NCBI GenBank assembly: GCA_035708165.1
Contig: DASSSZ010000001.1
Span: 89,772 to 153,771, forward strand
From: Minisyncoccota bacterium
GTDB taxonomy: Bacteria > Patescibacteriota > Minisyncoccia > Phycocordibacterales > UBA2100
DNA: 64,000 nt
Direction: 5' to 3'
The notes beneath the pieces are model-generated. The model was given only the letters and a program-made list of their open reading frames with translations. It ran no database searches and was not told the DNA's origin. The position numbers and the translations under genes were made by a program. Of the stretch, positions 8,218-17,616 are shown piece after piece; position 1 is the first letter of the stretch, and each line of letters begins with the position of its first letter.

Positions 8218-10113
8218 ATGAACGCGAACGAGATCCGCCAGAAGTTCCTGGATTTCTATGCTGCGCGCGGCCACGCCGTGATCCCGTCGGCCTCGCTCGT
8301 CCCGCAGAACGATCCGACGACGCTCTTCACAAGCTCCGGCATGCAGCCATTGGTCCCGTATCTCCTCGGCAAGGAGCACCCGGAAGGCAGCCGGCTCGCC
8401 GATTCGCAGAAGAGCTTCCGCAGCAACGACATCGAGGAGGTGGGCGACAACCGGCACACCACCTTCTTCGAGATGCTCGGCAACTGGTCCTTGGGCGACT
8501 ACTTCAAGGCGGAGCAGCTGCCGTGGATCTTCGAGTTCCTCACCGCAGAGGTCGGCCTCGACCCGGCGAAGCTCTTCGTGACCGTCTACTCAGGTTCGGC
8601 TGACGGGGCGATCCCGAAGGATGAGGAGGCGATCGCCATCTGGCAGAAGCTCTTCGCCGGCAAGGGCATCGAGGCGGCAGTGGCCGATATGGTCACCGAG
8701 GAAGCGGGCGCCCTGCGCGGCATGCGAGATGGCGAGCGCATCTTCGCCTATCGCGATAAGAACTGGTGGAGCCGCGCCGGCGCGCCGGACGCCATGCCGG
8801 CAGGGGAGCCGGGCGGGCCCGATTCCGAGATTTTCTACGATTTCGGCACCCCGCACGACCCCGCATTCGGCGCAGAGTGCCATCCCAATTGCGATTGCGG
8901 CCGGTTCCTTGAGATCGGCAATTCGGTCTTCATGCAGTACGTGAAGCGGGAAGACGGCACGTTCGGCCAGCTGCCGAAGCGGAATGTGGATTTCGGCGGC
9001 GGGCTCGAGCGCATCGCGACAGCCAAGGACGGCGACCCGGACGTCTTCACCTCGTCGCTCTTCGCGCCGCTCTTCGCTGCGATCGAGCGCCAGGGCGGCG
9101 TCGCATACGCGACGGCAGCGCTGCGCGAACGGCGCGCGCTGCGCATCGTCGCCGACCATCTGCGCGCGGCAGTCTTCCTCATCCATGACGGCGTCCTGCC
9201 GAGCACGACCGATCAGGGCTATTTCGTGCGCCGCCTGCTGCGTCGCGCGATCCGCTACGGGGAGCAGGTCGGCGTGACCGGCCTCGCCGCGCTCGTCCCT
9301 GCGATCGTCGGCGCCTACGAAGGCTACATCACGCTCGCCGAGCCTGCGCACGATATCGAAGCGGCCGTGCGCGAGGAGGAGGAGCGCTTCCGCGCCACGC
9401 TCACGCGCGGCATGCGCGAGTTCGAGCGCCTCGCCGCTGCAGACATCTCCGGTCGCGATGCATTCATCCTCTTCTCGACCTACGGATTCCCGCTCGAGCT
9501 CACGCAGGAGCTCGCGGCGGAGCGCGGCATCGGCGTCGATGAAGCCGGATTCAAGGAAGAGATGGGCAGGCATCAGGAGGAATCGCGCGCCGGCAGCGAG
9601 CAGAAGTTCAAAGGCGGGCTCGCAGATGCTTCGCAGGAGACAACGCGGCTCCATACCACGCACCACCTGCTTCTCAGGGCGCTCCAGATGGTCCTCGGGC
9701 CGGATGTGCACCAGCGCGGCAGCAACATCACGGCAGAGCGCCTGCGCCTCGATTTCTCATACGGCGAGAAGATGACGGACGAGCAGAAGCGCGAGGTAGA
9801 GCGCATCGTGAACGAGAAGATCGGCGAAGCGCTGCCGGTCACGCGCTCGATGCTCCCCAAGGAGGAGGCCGAGAAGCTGAACGCGGAGCACGAGTTCGGG
9901 GCCAAGTACCCGGACACGGTCTCCGTCTACTCGATCGGCCCGCGAGGCGCGACGCAGGATGCCCCGCGCTTCGCGGAAGCATTCTCGATCGAGTTCTGCG
10001 GCGGCCCGCACGTCTCCAATACGAGCGAGATCGCCGAGTCCGGCCGCTTCCGGATCGCCAAGGAAGAGGCATCATCCGCTGGCGTGCGCCGGATCAAAGG
10101 CGTACTCGAGTAG
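8218..10113 (+). CDS. alaS: Alanine--tRNA ligase, short form lacking the C-terminal C-Ala domain
   Basis: Class II catalytic core with N-terminus MNANEIRQKFLDFY...GH and the editing-domain motif HTTHHLL...H. It stops right after the editing domain (631 aa). The TGCTATACT -10 box is 7 nt upstream. Confidence 0.85.
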   Translation: MNANEIRQKFLDFYAARGHAVIPSASLVPQNDPTTLFTSSGMQPLVPYLLGKEHPEGSRLADSQKSFRSNDIEEVGDNRHTTFFEMLGNWSLGDYFKAEQLPWIFEFLTAEVGLDPAKLFVTVYSGSADGAIPKDEEAIAIWQKLFAGKGIEAAVADMVTEEAGALRGMRDGERIFAYRDKNWWSRAGAPDAMPAGEPGGPDSEIFYDFGTPHDPAFGAECHPNCDCGRFLEIGNSVFMQYVKREDGTFGQLPKRNVDFGGGLERIATAKDGDPDVFTSSLFAPLFAAIERQGGVAYATAALRERRALRIVADHLRAAVFLIHDGVLPSTTDQGYFVRRLLRRAIRYGEQVGVTGLAALVPAIVGAYEGYITLAEPAHDIEAAVREEEERFRATLTRGMREFERLAAADISGRDAFILFSTYGFPLELTQELAAERGIGVDEAGFKEEMGRHQEESRAGSEQKFKGGLADASQETTRLHTTHHLLLRALQMVLGPDVHQRGSNITAERLRLDFSYGEKMTDEQKREVERIVNEKIGEALPVTRSMLPKEEAEKLNAEHEFGAKYPDTVSVYSIGPRGATQDAPRFAEAFSIEFCGGPHVSNTSEIAESGRFRIAKEEASSAGVRRIKGVLE

Positions 10114-10171
10114 CAGCCTTCGTGCCTGCCATCCACAGGCGCGCTTCAGCAAAGCAGGCGATACTGCAAGC

Positions 10172-10810
10172 ATGAAGTACGTCTATATCGCGCGGCATGG
10201 CGAGAGCGATGCGAATATCGGGAACGTCTTCCAGGGGCCGCATTCGGCCCTGACCGCGAAAGGCAGGGAGCAGGCGGCGCTCCTCGCCACGCGCGCCGCA
10301 CGGCTGCCGATCGAGGCGATCATCGCGAGCCCGTGGACGCGGGCGCGCGCTACGGCTGAAGCGATCAGCGAGCGCATCGGCATTCCTGTCGAATACTCCG
10401 ACCTCTTCACCGAACGGCGCAAGCCCGACATCCTCGAGGGCAAGGAGTTCGGCGACCCGCAGTACCAGCCGCTCTATGACGAATGGTCTGCCAGCCTCTT
10501 CGCGGATGACGCTCCCGCGGTGGATGGCGGGGAGAATTTCGCCGCGATCATCGAGCGTGCCGATCGCGCGCTCGCGCACCTCGAGGCGCGGCCCGAGCGC
10601 CATATCTTCGTCGTCTCGCACGGATTCTTCACCCGCGTGCTCGGTGCCCGCGCGATCCTCGGCGATATGCTGACGGGCCCGCACCTCGAAGCCTTCACAC
10701 GCACGCTGCGCAACGATAACACTGGCATCACGACATTCTCGCTCGATGATGCGTGGCGTATCGCGACCTGGAACGACCGCACGCACCTCGCGGAGCTCGA
10801 GACGGACTGA
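10172..10810 (+). CDS. Histidine phosphatase family protein (phosphoglycerate-mutase-like)
   Basis: The RHGESDAN motif at the N-terminus and a downstream His in VVSHG. Confidence 0.7.
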   Translation: MKYVYIARHGESDANIGNVFQGPHSALTAKGREQAALLATRAARLPIEAIIASPWTRARATAEAISERIGIPVEYSDLFTERRKPDILEGKEFGDPQYQPLYDEWSASLFADDAPAVDGGENFAAIIERADRALAHLEARPERHIFVVSHGFFTRVLGARAILGDMLTGPHLEAFTRTLRNDNTGITTFSLDDAWRIATWNDRTHLAELETD

Positions 10811-10860
10811 CTGTGCATATGCGCGCTCCGCTTTTCGCGGCACGCCTTTATAATGGCAGC

Positions 10861-12033
10861 ATGCATCTCCTTCCGCTCACCTCGAAGCGCGGCGGATCCG
10901 TCCATCTGGGGCTCGATATCGGCAGCGGCGGCGCAGCGACGGCTGTCATTGCTGTCCGCGAAGGCGCTCCCGCACGCGTGCTCGCGAGCACGCGTGTCAC
11001 GCTTCCGTTCGAGGATCGGACGAGCGCGCAGCACGCCGCCGCAGTGAGGACGGCCCTCGCCGATGCCGGCCACGCCGTACGCGATACGTACGCGAAGCTG
11101 CCGGTTTTCGCAGAATCAGGGCCCATCACGCGAGCATTCGCCGTCTTCCATGCCCCATGGGGAGAGAGCGCGACGCGCGATTCGCTCGTCTCCTTCACTG
11201 CGCCGACTCGCATCACGCCAGCGCTCCTCGAGAAAGCGGCGCGGGAATCGGCCGGCCGGGAGAAGGCGGGAGCGGCGCGCACGATCCTCGAACAGGCGAT
11301 CGTGCATGTGGAGCTGAACGGCTATACGACGGCGTTCCCGGCAGGGAAGATCGCGCGGAGCCTGCGCGTGATCACGCTCGAGAGCACGGTGCCTGCTGAC
11401 TTCCTCGCGCATGCGAAGGAGCTCGCGGGCACGCTGGCGCCCGATGCGCCCTTCGTCGCGCATTCGGCGGCGTACGAGTACGATGCCATCGTGCATGAGC
11501 GCGCTCCTGCGGGAGCGGGCTACGCATTCCTCGATATCGGGAGCGAGGCGAGCGCCTGCTATTGCGTACGCGACGGCGCGATCGCGGAGCAGGCCACGGT
11601 CGCTGCCGGGACGCGTTCGCTGATGCGGCACGCGAGCGGGGAAGGGGCGCGCACAGCAGACGAGCTCCTTTCGCTTATCGGCATGGCCATCGAAGGGAGC
11701 GCGAATGATGCCGCGCGCAGCGAAGTCGCGGCGGCGCTCGCGGCGGCGGAGCCGAACGTCATGCGCGCCTTCGGGGAGGCGTTCTCCGGGCTCACGGCGC
11801 GCGAGCGCATGCCCGCCTCGCTCGTGATCGCCATCCACCCGAAGCTCGCCGCCTGGGCGACCGCCTTCTTCGGACGGCTTGATTTCAGCCAGTTCACGGA
11901 GACCGGCAGGCCGTTCACGGTGGAAGTCATGACGCCGCGCGTGCTCGCCGAGTACATGGCGTTCGGCCAAGGCGTCGCCCCGGATGCCGGCGTCGCAGCG
12001 CTCGCCGCCCTTGTGCACATCAGGAATGCGTGA
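10861..12033 (+). CDS. Actin-like ATPase (ASKHA superfamily; FtsA/PilM-like)
   Basis: Phosphate-1 motif VHLGLDIGSGGAATAV and phosphate-2/adenosine motif AFLDIGSEASACYCV...AAG. TATAAT lies 6 nt upstream. Confidence 0.55.
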   Translation: MHLLPLTSKRGGSVHLGLDIGSGGAATAVIAVREGAPARVLASTRVTLPFEDRTSAQHAAAVRTALADAGHAVRDTYAKLPVFAESGPITRAFAVFHAPWGESATRDSLVSFTAPTRITPALLEKAARESAGREKAGAARTILEQAIVHVELNGYTTAFPAGKIARSLRVITLESTVPADFLAHAKELAGTLAPDAPFVAHSAAYEYDAIVHERAPAGAGYAFLDIGSEASACYCVRDGAIAEQATVAAGTRSLMRHASGEGARTADELLSLIGMAIEGSANDAARSEVAAALAAAEPNVMRAFGEAFSGLTARERMPASLVIAIHPKLAAWATAFFGRLDFSQFTETGRPFTVEVMTPRVLAEYMAFGQGVAPDAGVAALAALVHIRNA

Positions 12034-12059
12034 CCCGGAGACGGTGGTATACTGCCTTC

Positions 12060-13409
12060 ATGACACGCGAGTACTTCCAAGACATCATGCCGCCAGAAGA
12101 CGAAACCCCTGAACCGAGCCGCGAACCGACCCACCAGCAGCCCCGAAGCATCCGTAATATCGCTCCCTCCGCCGCACGGCCGCGCACCTCGCGGCAGAAT
12201 GCCGCTGCCGGGATGCCTCGCCAGCGCACCCGCGGCGCCTCAGGCGGCACATTCGCGCTCTGGGCGATCGGAGCCGTCGTAATCGTCGTGCTCGGCTTCC
12301 TCGTATCCACGCTTTTCCGCAAGACGACCGTCACGGTCGTCCCGCACCAGCACACGGTCGTCTTCGATGAATCGACCGTCTATACCGCATACCCGCAATC
12401 GGATCAGAACGCGCCTGCAGGCAGCCTCACCTATACGACCGATTCGCAGACGCTCTCGGCCACGACTTCAGTGACCGCGAGCGGCACGGAGCAGGTATCC
12501 GTCCCCGCGTCCGGCACGATCACTATCTATAACAGCTACTCAGCCTCGCCGGTCCGCCTCGTGACGAATACGCGGTTCGAGACGCCGGACGGCAAGGTTT
12601 TCCGCATCCACGCGCCGATCACCATCCCGGGGAAGAGCGGCGCCACGCCTGGCTCGATCACCGCGACGGTCTATGCCGACCAGCCAGGCGCGGAGTACAA
12701 CATCGGCCCGGTCGACCGCTTCACGCTGCCCGGCCTCGAAAGCTCGCCCGATATGCACGCAGGCATCTACGCCCATTCGGCAAGCGCCATGACGGGCGGC
12801 TTCGTCGGCACGCGCCCGGCCATCAGCGATACGGCGAAGACGGCCGCGCAGCAGCAGCTCGAGAGCCAGCTGCGCGCGAAGGTCGCTGCGGCGTACGCGA
12901 GCTCGACGGCTGGCTACGCGCTCACGAACCTCGCGTCCATCTCCTTCTCGGCGCTCTCGGTCGAATCCGCAAGCGATGGGAGCGCGACCGTCTCGGAGTC
13001 CGCGAATGTCATCGTGCCGATCCTGCCGCGCATCCAGCTCGATTCATTCCTCGCGTCGCAGACCAGCGCCACTACGGGAAGCGGCAGCGTGACCATCGCC
13101 GACCCCTCGACCTTCTCCTTCACCCTCGCGAGCTCGACCGCGACCGGCACGCAGTCCCTCGGCAGCGATCCGATCGATTTCTCGCTGACCGGCACCGCGG
13201 GCTTCGTCTGGAACGTGGATACCGGCGCGCTCGCTAATGATCTCGCCGGCAAGAATAAGGCCGCATTCCAGGCGATCGTGAAGGGTTACGCCTCGATCGA
13301 TTCCGCCACGGCGAGCGTCTATCCGCTCTGGAGCCAGTCGTTCCCGACGGATCCTACGGCCATCAAAGTGGTCGTTACGGCCCCCAAGACGGCAGCCGCA
13401 GCCCAATAG
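12060..13409 (+). CDS. Bitopic membrane protein, hypothetical (cytoplasmic disordered N-tail, 1 TM, large S/T-rich beta-rich ectodomain)
   Basis: TM helix FALWAIGAVVIVVLGFLVSTLF. TGGTATACT lies 6 nt upstream of the ATG. It immediately follows the actin-like ATPase gene. Confidence 0.5.
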   Translation: MTREYFQDIMPPEDETPEPSREPTHQQPRSIRNIAPSAARPRTSRQNAAAGMPRQRTRGASGGTFALWAIGAVVIVVLGFLVSTLFRKTTVTVVPHQHTVVFDESTVYTAYPQSDQNAPAGSLTYTTDSQTLSATTSVTASGTEQVSVPASGTITIYNSYSASPVRLVTNTRFETPDGKVFRIHAPITIPGKSGATPGSITATVYADQPGAEYNIGPVDRFTLPGLESSPDMHAGIYAHSASAMTGGFVGTRPAISDTAKTAAQQQLESQLRAKVAAAYASSTAGYALTNLASISFSALSVESASDGSATVSESANVIVPILPRIQLDSFLASQTSATTGSGSVTIADPSTFSFTLASSTATGTQSLGSDPIDFSLTGTAGFVWNVDTGALANDLAGKNKAAFQAIVKGYASIDSATASVYPLWSQSFPTDPTAIKVVVTAPKTAAAAQ

Positions 13410-13410
13410 C

Positions 13411-13439
13411 TTGACCGCCCGGTCGCCTGTTGGTAGTAT
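13411..13439 (+). promoter_or_regulatory. Canonical sigma70-type promoter for the infA to rplQ operon
   Basis: TTGACC, a 17-nt spacer, then TAGTAT. A leader of ~20 nt precedes the infA ATG. Confidence 0.55.
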
Positions 13440-13459
13440 ATGGCCTCGAGCGCTTTGCT

Positions 13460-13666
13460 ATGGCGGATGAACCAACGACAGAGGGTATTGTTGAGGAGGC
13501 TCTCCCCAACACGCTCTTCCGCGTCCGCCTGAATTCCGATGAGCTCGTGCTCGCGTATCTCGCGGGCAAGATGCGCGTGCACCGGATCAAAGTGCTCGTA
13601 GGGGATACCGTCCTCGTGCAGCTCGACCCCTACGGCGGACGGGCGCGCATCACCCGGCGTCTCTAA
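13460..13666 (+). CDS. infA: Translation initiation factor IF-1
   Basis: [12 protein letters not shown]...GKMR...I.VL.GD.V.V.L.PY is the S1-like IF-1 fold (68 aa). Confidence 0.8.
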   Translation: MADEPTTEGIVEEALPNTLFRVRLNSDELVLAYLAGKMRVHRIKVLVGDTVLVQLDPYGGRARITRRL

Positions 13667-13704
13667 TAATTTCCCGCGCTCATCGCGTTTTCATTTTTTC
13701 ATCT

Positions 13705-13830
13705 ATGAAGGTCAAGGCTTCCGTCAAGAAGATGTGCAAGGACTGCAAGATCGTCCGCCGCAACGGGCGCGTGTCAGTCGTGTGCAGCAACCTCCAGAAC
13801 GGCGGTCGCCACAAGCAGCGCCAGGGTTAA
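13705..13830 (+). CDS. rpmJ: 50S ribosomal protein L36
   Basis: [27 protein letters not shown] is a zinc-ribbon L36. It is too short for the ORF track. It sits between infA and rpsM as usual. Confidence 0.8.
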   Translation: MKVKASVKKMCKDCKIVRRNGRVSVVCSNLQNGGRHKQRQG

Positions 13831-13857
13831 TCCTCGTTCCAATCCACTACCACTACT

Positions 13858-14238
13858 ATGCGTATTTCAGGCATCACGATTCCGGATTCGAAGCGGCTCG
13901 AGATCGGGCTGACCGCCGTGTACGGCATCGGCCGTCCGCGCGCAGCGAAGATCCTCGCCGACGCCGGCGTGGATGGCGGCATGAAGCCGACCGACCTCAC
14001 GGAGGCGCAGGAGATCGCGATCCGCACGGCCGTGGAGTCATTCACGATCGAGGGAGAGCTCAAGCGCGAAGTGAGCGCGAGCATCAAGCGCCTGAAGGAT
14101 ATCAATAGCTACCGGGGCTCCCGGCATGCCAAGCGCCTGCCGGCGCGCGGCCAGCGCACGAAGACCAATTCGCGCTCGGTCCGTGGCAACGTCCGCAAGA
14201 CGATGACCTCCGGCCGCCGCAAGGTTGAGAAGAAGTAA
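13858..14238 (+). CDS. rpsM: 30S ribosomal protein S13
   Basis: MRISGITIPDSKRLEIGLTAVYGIGR is the S13 signature. Confidence 0.9.
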   Translation: MRISGITIPDSKRLEIGLTAVYGIGRPRAAKILADAGVDGGMKPTDLTEAQEIAIRTAVESFTIEGELKREVSASIKRLKDINSYRGSRHAKRLPARGQRTKTNSRSVRGNVRKTMTSGRRKVEKK

Positions 14239-14240
14239 CC

Positions 14241-14675
14241 ATGGGAAAGAAGCGAATCGTCAAGAAGCAGGGATCGTCCGTCAACAGCGGCATGAAGGCT
14301 CGCGCGCTTGCGCGCGCGCCGAAGCGCAAGCTCGAGACCGGCACGCTCCATATCCAGGCCACCTTCAATAACACGAAGGCGCTCGTCTCGGACAGCCAGG
14401 GGAATGCAGTCGCCTGGTCGTCCTCGGGCGCGCTCGGGTTCTCCGGCGCGAAGAAGGGCACGCCGTTCGCTGCAGCGAAGGTCGGCGAGCTCCTGGGCGA
14501 CAAGGCTCTGCAGATGGGCATGAAGTCCGCCACCGTCGTCATCCGCGGCGTCGGCGCCGGCCGCGAGTCGGTGCTCCGCGCCTTCTCGGGGAAGGGGATC
14601 GAGATCACGCGCATCACCGATGACACGCCGATCCCGCACAACGGCCCGCGTCCCGCGAAGCCTCGTCGCATCTAA
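14241..14675 (+). CDS. rpsK: 30S ribosomal protein S11
   Basis: GTLHIQATFNNT...VAWSSSG is the S11 signature. Confidence 0.9.
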   Translation: MGKKRIVKKQGSSVNSGMKARALARAPKRKLETGTLHIQATFNNTKALVSDSQGNAVAWSSSGALGFSGAKKGTPFAAAKVGELLGDKALQMGMKSATVVIRGVGAGRESVLRAFSGKGIEITRITDDTPIPHNGPRPAKPRRI

Positions 14676-14695
14676 TACCAGCCGCAAGAACTACT

Positions 14696-15313
14696 ATGCT
14701 TCAGATCAAGTCCAAGTATAAGATCGCTAAGCGCCTCGGCGCTGCCGTGTTCGAGCAGACGCAGAGCCAGCGCTATGCGCTCTCCGAGGCGCGCACCCAG
14801 AAGGCGAAGCGCCGCCGCCGCAACCCTTCGGACTATAGCCGCCAGCTGACGGAGAAGCAGAAGGTCCGCTACACCTACGGCCTTTCCGAGCACCAGTTCG
14901 CACGCTACGTGAAGGAGGCGATGGCGAAGGCTGATCCGATGGCAGCGCTCTATAAGACGCTCGAGTCGCGCCTCGACAACGTGGCCTACCGCCTCGGGCT
15001 CGCCCCGACGCGCCGCGCCGCGCGCCAGATGGCGTCGCACGGCCATTTCCTCGTGAACGGCACGCGCATGACCGTGCCGTCGCACCAGATGGAGCCGGGC
15101 GATGTCCTCGCGATCCGCGAGGGCAGCAAGGAGTCGCCGCTCTTCGCGAAGAAGGGCGAAGGCGAGGAGGGACAGGGCGGCTACCGGCCGGCTCCGGCAT
15201 GGGCTGCCTTCGATTTCGGCAGCATGACCGGTTCCATCACGGGTGTCCCGCAGTTCGTCCCGGGCGAGGGCCTGCTCGATTTCCAGGTCGTGTTCGAGTA
15301 CTACAGCCGCTAA
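14696..15313 (+). CDS. rpsD: 30S ribosomal protein S4
   Basis: The YTYGLSEHQFARY S4 domain and position in the operon. Confidence 0.9.
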   Translation: MLQIKSKYKIAKRLGAAVFEQTQSQRYALSEARTQKAKRRRRNPSDYSRQLTEKQKVRYTYGLSEHQFARYVKEAMAKADPMAALYKTLESRLDNVAYRLGLAPTRRAARQMASHGHFLVNGTRMTVPSHQMEPGDVLAIREGSKESPLFAKKGEGEEGQGGYRPAPAWAAFDFGSMTGSITGVPQFVPGEGLLDFQVVFEYYSR

Positions 15314-15371
15314 GCTGCGCAGTCAGGACGCTTTACAAGAAACGCTTTTTTTATTACAGTACCAAACGCAT

Positions 15372-16358
15372 ATGTCTGACCTCCACATCACGCTGCCCAG
15401 CAAGCCCCGCGTCATCTCCGAGGACGGCGCGACCGGCGTTTACGAGATCGATGGCCTCTACCCGGGCTACGGCTACACGCTCGGCAACTCGCTCCGCCGC
15501 ATCATCCTCTCGTCGCTGCCGGGCGCTGCGATTACGCAGGTCAAGATCGAGGGCGTCGAGCATGAGTTCTCCGCTATCGACGGCGTCGAGGAGGACGTGG
15601 TGACGCTCCTCCTCAACCTCCGCAAGGTTCGCCTTTCCATCAACTCGGACGAGCCGCAGGTGCTCACCCTCGATATCAAGGGTCCGAAGTCGGTCACGGC
15701 CGCGGACATCAAGCTCCCGGGCCAGGTCGAGATCCTCAATCCTGAGCAGCACATCGCCGAGGTCACCGGCAAGGTGAACCTCTCGATCGAGATCCAGGCC
15801 GAGCGCGGCTTGGGGTATGTCTCGAAGGAGAACCTTCAGAAGGATCGCGTCGAGATCGGCACCATCGCGCTCGATGCGGTGTTCAGCCCCATCCGCCGCG
15901 TGAACTACGAGGTGGAGAACATGCGCGTCGGCGACCGCACGAACTACAACCGCGTGCGCTTCACGATCGAGACGGATGGCACGCTGACCGCGCGCGAGGC
16001 GCTGGAGAAGTCCATCGACATGATGATCCATCAGCTGAAGGCCATCGTCGGCTTCAAGGAGGAAGAGGAGATCGAGGTCCCGTCATCCATCCCGTCCGAG
16101 ACGATCGCCTCCGAGGCGTACGCCGCCGCGGCCGAGCCGAACATGGACGCCGATACCGAGGTCTTCAAGACGCGCGTGAGCGAGCTCAACCTCAGCACGC
16201 GCGTGGAGGCTGCGCTCGATGGCGCATCCATCCGCACCGTGGGCGGGCTCGTCCGCAAGCGCGAGGAGGACTTGCTCGCGATCGAGGGCCTCGGCCAGAA
16301 GGGCCTGCAGGAGATCAAGCGCGCGCTCTCGAACTTCGGTCTCACGCTCCGTTCCTAA
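15372..16358 (+). CDS. rpoA: DNA-directed RNA polymerase subunit alpha
   Basis: The RpoA N-terminal domain LGNSLRRIILSSLPGAAIT, plus the alpha-CTD at the C-terminus. Internal ATG of ORF 15243..16358. Confidence 0.9.
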   Translation: MSDLHITLPSKPRVISEDGATGVYEIDGLYPGYGYTLGNSLRRIILSSLPGAAITQVKIEGVEHEFSAIDGVEEDVVTLLLNLRKVRLSINSDEPQVLTLDIKGPKSVTAADIKLPGQVEILNPEQHIAEVTGKVNLSIEIQAERGLGYVSKENLQKDRVEIGTIALDAVFSPIRRVNYEVENMRVGDRTNYNRVRFTIETDGTLTAREALEKSIDMMIHQLKAIVGFKEEEEIEVPSSIPSETIASEAYAAAAEPNMDADTEVFKTRVSELNLSTRVEAALDGASIRTVGGLVRKREEDLLAIEGLGQKGLQEIKRALSNFGLTLRS

Positions 16359-16379
16359 TCCTATCCCGCCACTCCTATC

Positions 16380-16733
16380 ATGCAGCATCACAAGAAAGGT
16401 CGCACGTTCGGTCGTCTCCAGAAGCAGCGTACTGCGCTCCTGCGCGGTCTTGCACGCGACCTGATCCTCAACGGCGTAATCACCACGACTGTCGCGAAGG
16501 CCAAGGAGGTCCGCCCGTTCGCGGAGCGCCTCATCACGAAGGGGAAGACCGACAGCGTTGCCACGCGCCGCTTCCTCGCGAGCGAGCTCGGCAATGCGGA
16601 TGATGCGGTCGCGGCGATCGTCACGGATGTCGCCCCGAAGTACAAGGAGCGCATGGGGGGCTATACGCGCATCATCAAGCTTGGTAAGATTGGCGCGCGC
16701 TCGGCCGATATGGCGAAGATCGAGCTCGTCTAA
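16380..16733 (+). CDS. rplQ: 50S ribosomal protein L17
   Basis: MQHHKKGRTFGR...RGLARDLI is L17. Confidence 0.9.
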   Translation: MQHHKKGRTFGRLQKQRTALLRGLARDLILNGVITTTVAKAKEVRPFAERLITKGKTDSVATRRFLASELGNADDAVAAIVTDVAPKYKERMGGYTRIIKLGKIGARSADMAKIELV

Positions 16734-16737
16734 GACT

Positions 16738-17097
16738 ATGGATACCGCAACTGACACCTATACTATCGACGCTTCGGGAAAGCGCATCGGCCGCATCGCC
16801 TCGGAGGCTGCGCGCGCCTTGATGGGCAAGCACAAGCCGAGCTATATGCCGAATGCATTCCCGACCACGCACGTGACCATCACGGGCGCGAACAGCCTCG
16901 ACATCTCCGATAAGAAGGCGAGCACGAAGCTCTATAAGCGCTACTCGGGCTACCCGGGCGGCCAGACGCTGACGCCCCTTTCGAAGATCGTCGCCGATAA
17001 GGGCGCGGCCGAGGCGCTGCGCCACGCGATCCGCGGCATGCTCCCGGCGAACAAGCTCCGCGCACGCCGCCTTAAGCTCCTCACGATCGAGGGCTAA
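16738..17097 (+). CDS. rplM: 50S ribosomal protein L13
   Basis: The MDTATDTYTIDASGKRIGRIASEAARALMGKHK L13 start. Internal ATG of ORF 16558..17097. Confidence 0.85.
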   Translation: MDTATDTYTIDASGKRIGRIASEAARALMGKHKPSYMPNAFPTTHVTITGANSLDISDKKASTKLYKRYSGYPGGQTLTPLSKIVADKGAAEALRHAIRGMLPANKLRARRLKLLTIEG

Positions 17098-17108
17098 CCG
17101 ATTTCATT

Positions 17109-17510
17109 ATGGCTACTCAAGACACCACCCGTTACTTCGAAGCAGTCGGCCGCCGCAAGACGGCGAGTGCGCGCGTCCGCATCACGCCGGCCAAGAGCGA
17201 GGCGATCGTCGTCAACGACAAGGCGATCGCGGAATATTTCCCGCTCGATGAGTCCGCGAAGATCGCTCGCGAGTCGCTGACCGATGCCGGTGCCACGTTC
17301 TCCGTCTCCGTCCACGTCATGGGCGGCGGCCACAAGTCGCAGGCAGAGGCGATCCGCCTCGGCATCGCCCGCGCCCTCGTGAAGTACGACGGCGAGAAGC
17401 GCGGCCAGTTGAAGCAGGCGGGCTTCCTCAAGCGCGATGCGCGTACCAAGGAGCGCAAGAAGTTCGGGCTCCGCGGCGCCCGCCGTGCTCCGCAGTGGTC
17501 AAAGCGTTAG
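17109..17510 (+). CDS. rpsI: 30S ribosomal protein S9
   Basis: GRRKTASARVR ... GGGHKSQAEAIRLGIARAL is S9. Confidence 0.9.
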   Translation: MATQDTTRYFEAVGRRKTASARVRITPAKSEAIVVNDKAIAEYFPLDESAKIARESLTDAGATFSVSVHVMGGGHKSQAEAIRLGIARALVKYDGEKRGQLKQAGFLKRDARTKERKKFGLRGARRAPQWSKR

Positions 17511-17513
17511 AAG

Positions 17514-17545
17514 AAAGGCTCCGCAAGGAGCCTTTCTTCGTTCTG
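17514..17545 (+). terminator. Rho-independent terminator after rpsI
   Basis: AAAGGCTCC-GCAA-GGAGCCTTT followed by CTTCGTTCT. Confidence 0.7.
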
Positions 17546-17616
17546 GCCAGAGCATTGCTCATGCCGGCTGAGCGCGCTCCATGGAAGCCATGGAGCGATT
17601 TTGCTATACTCGGCCC

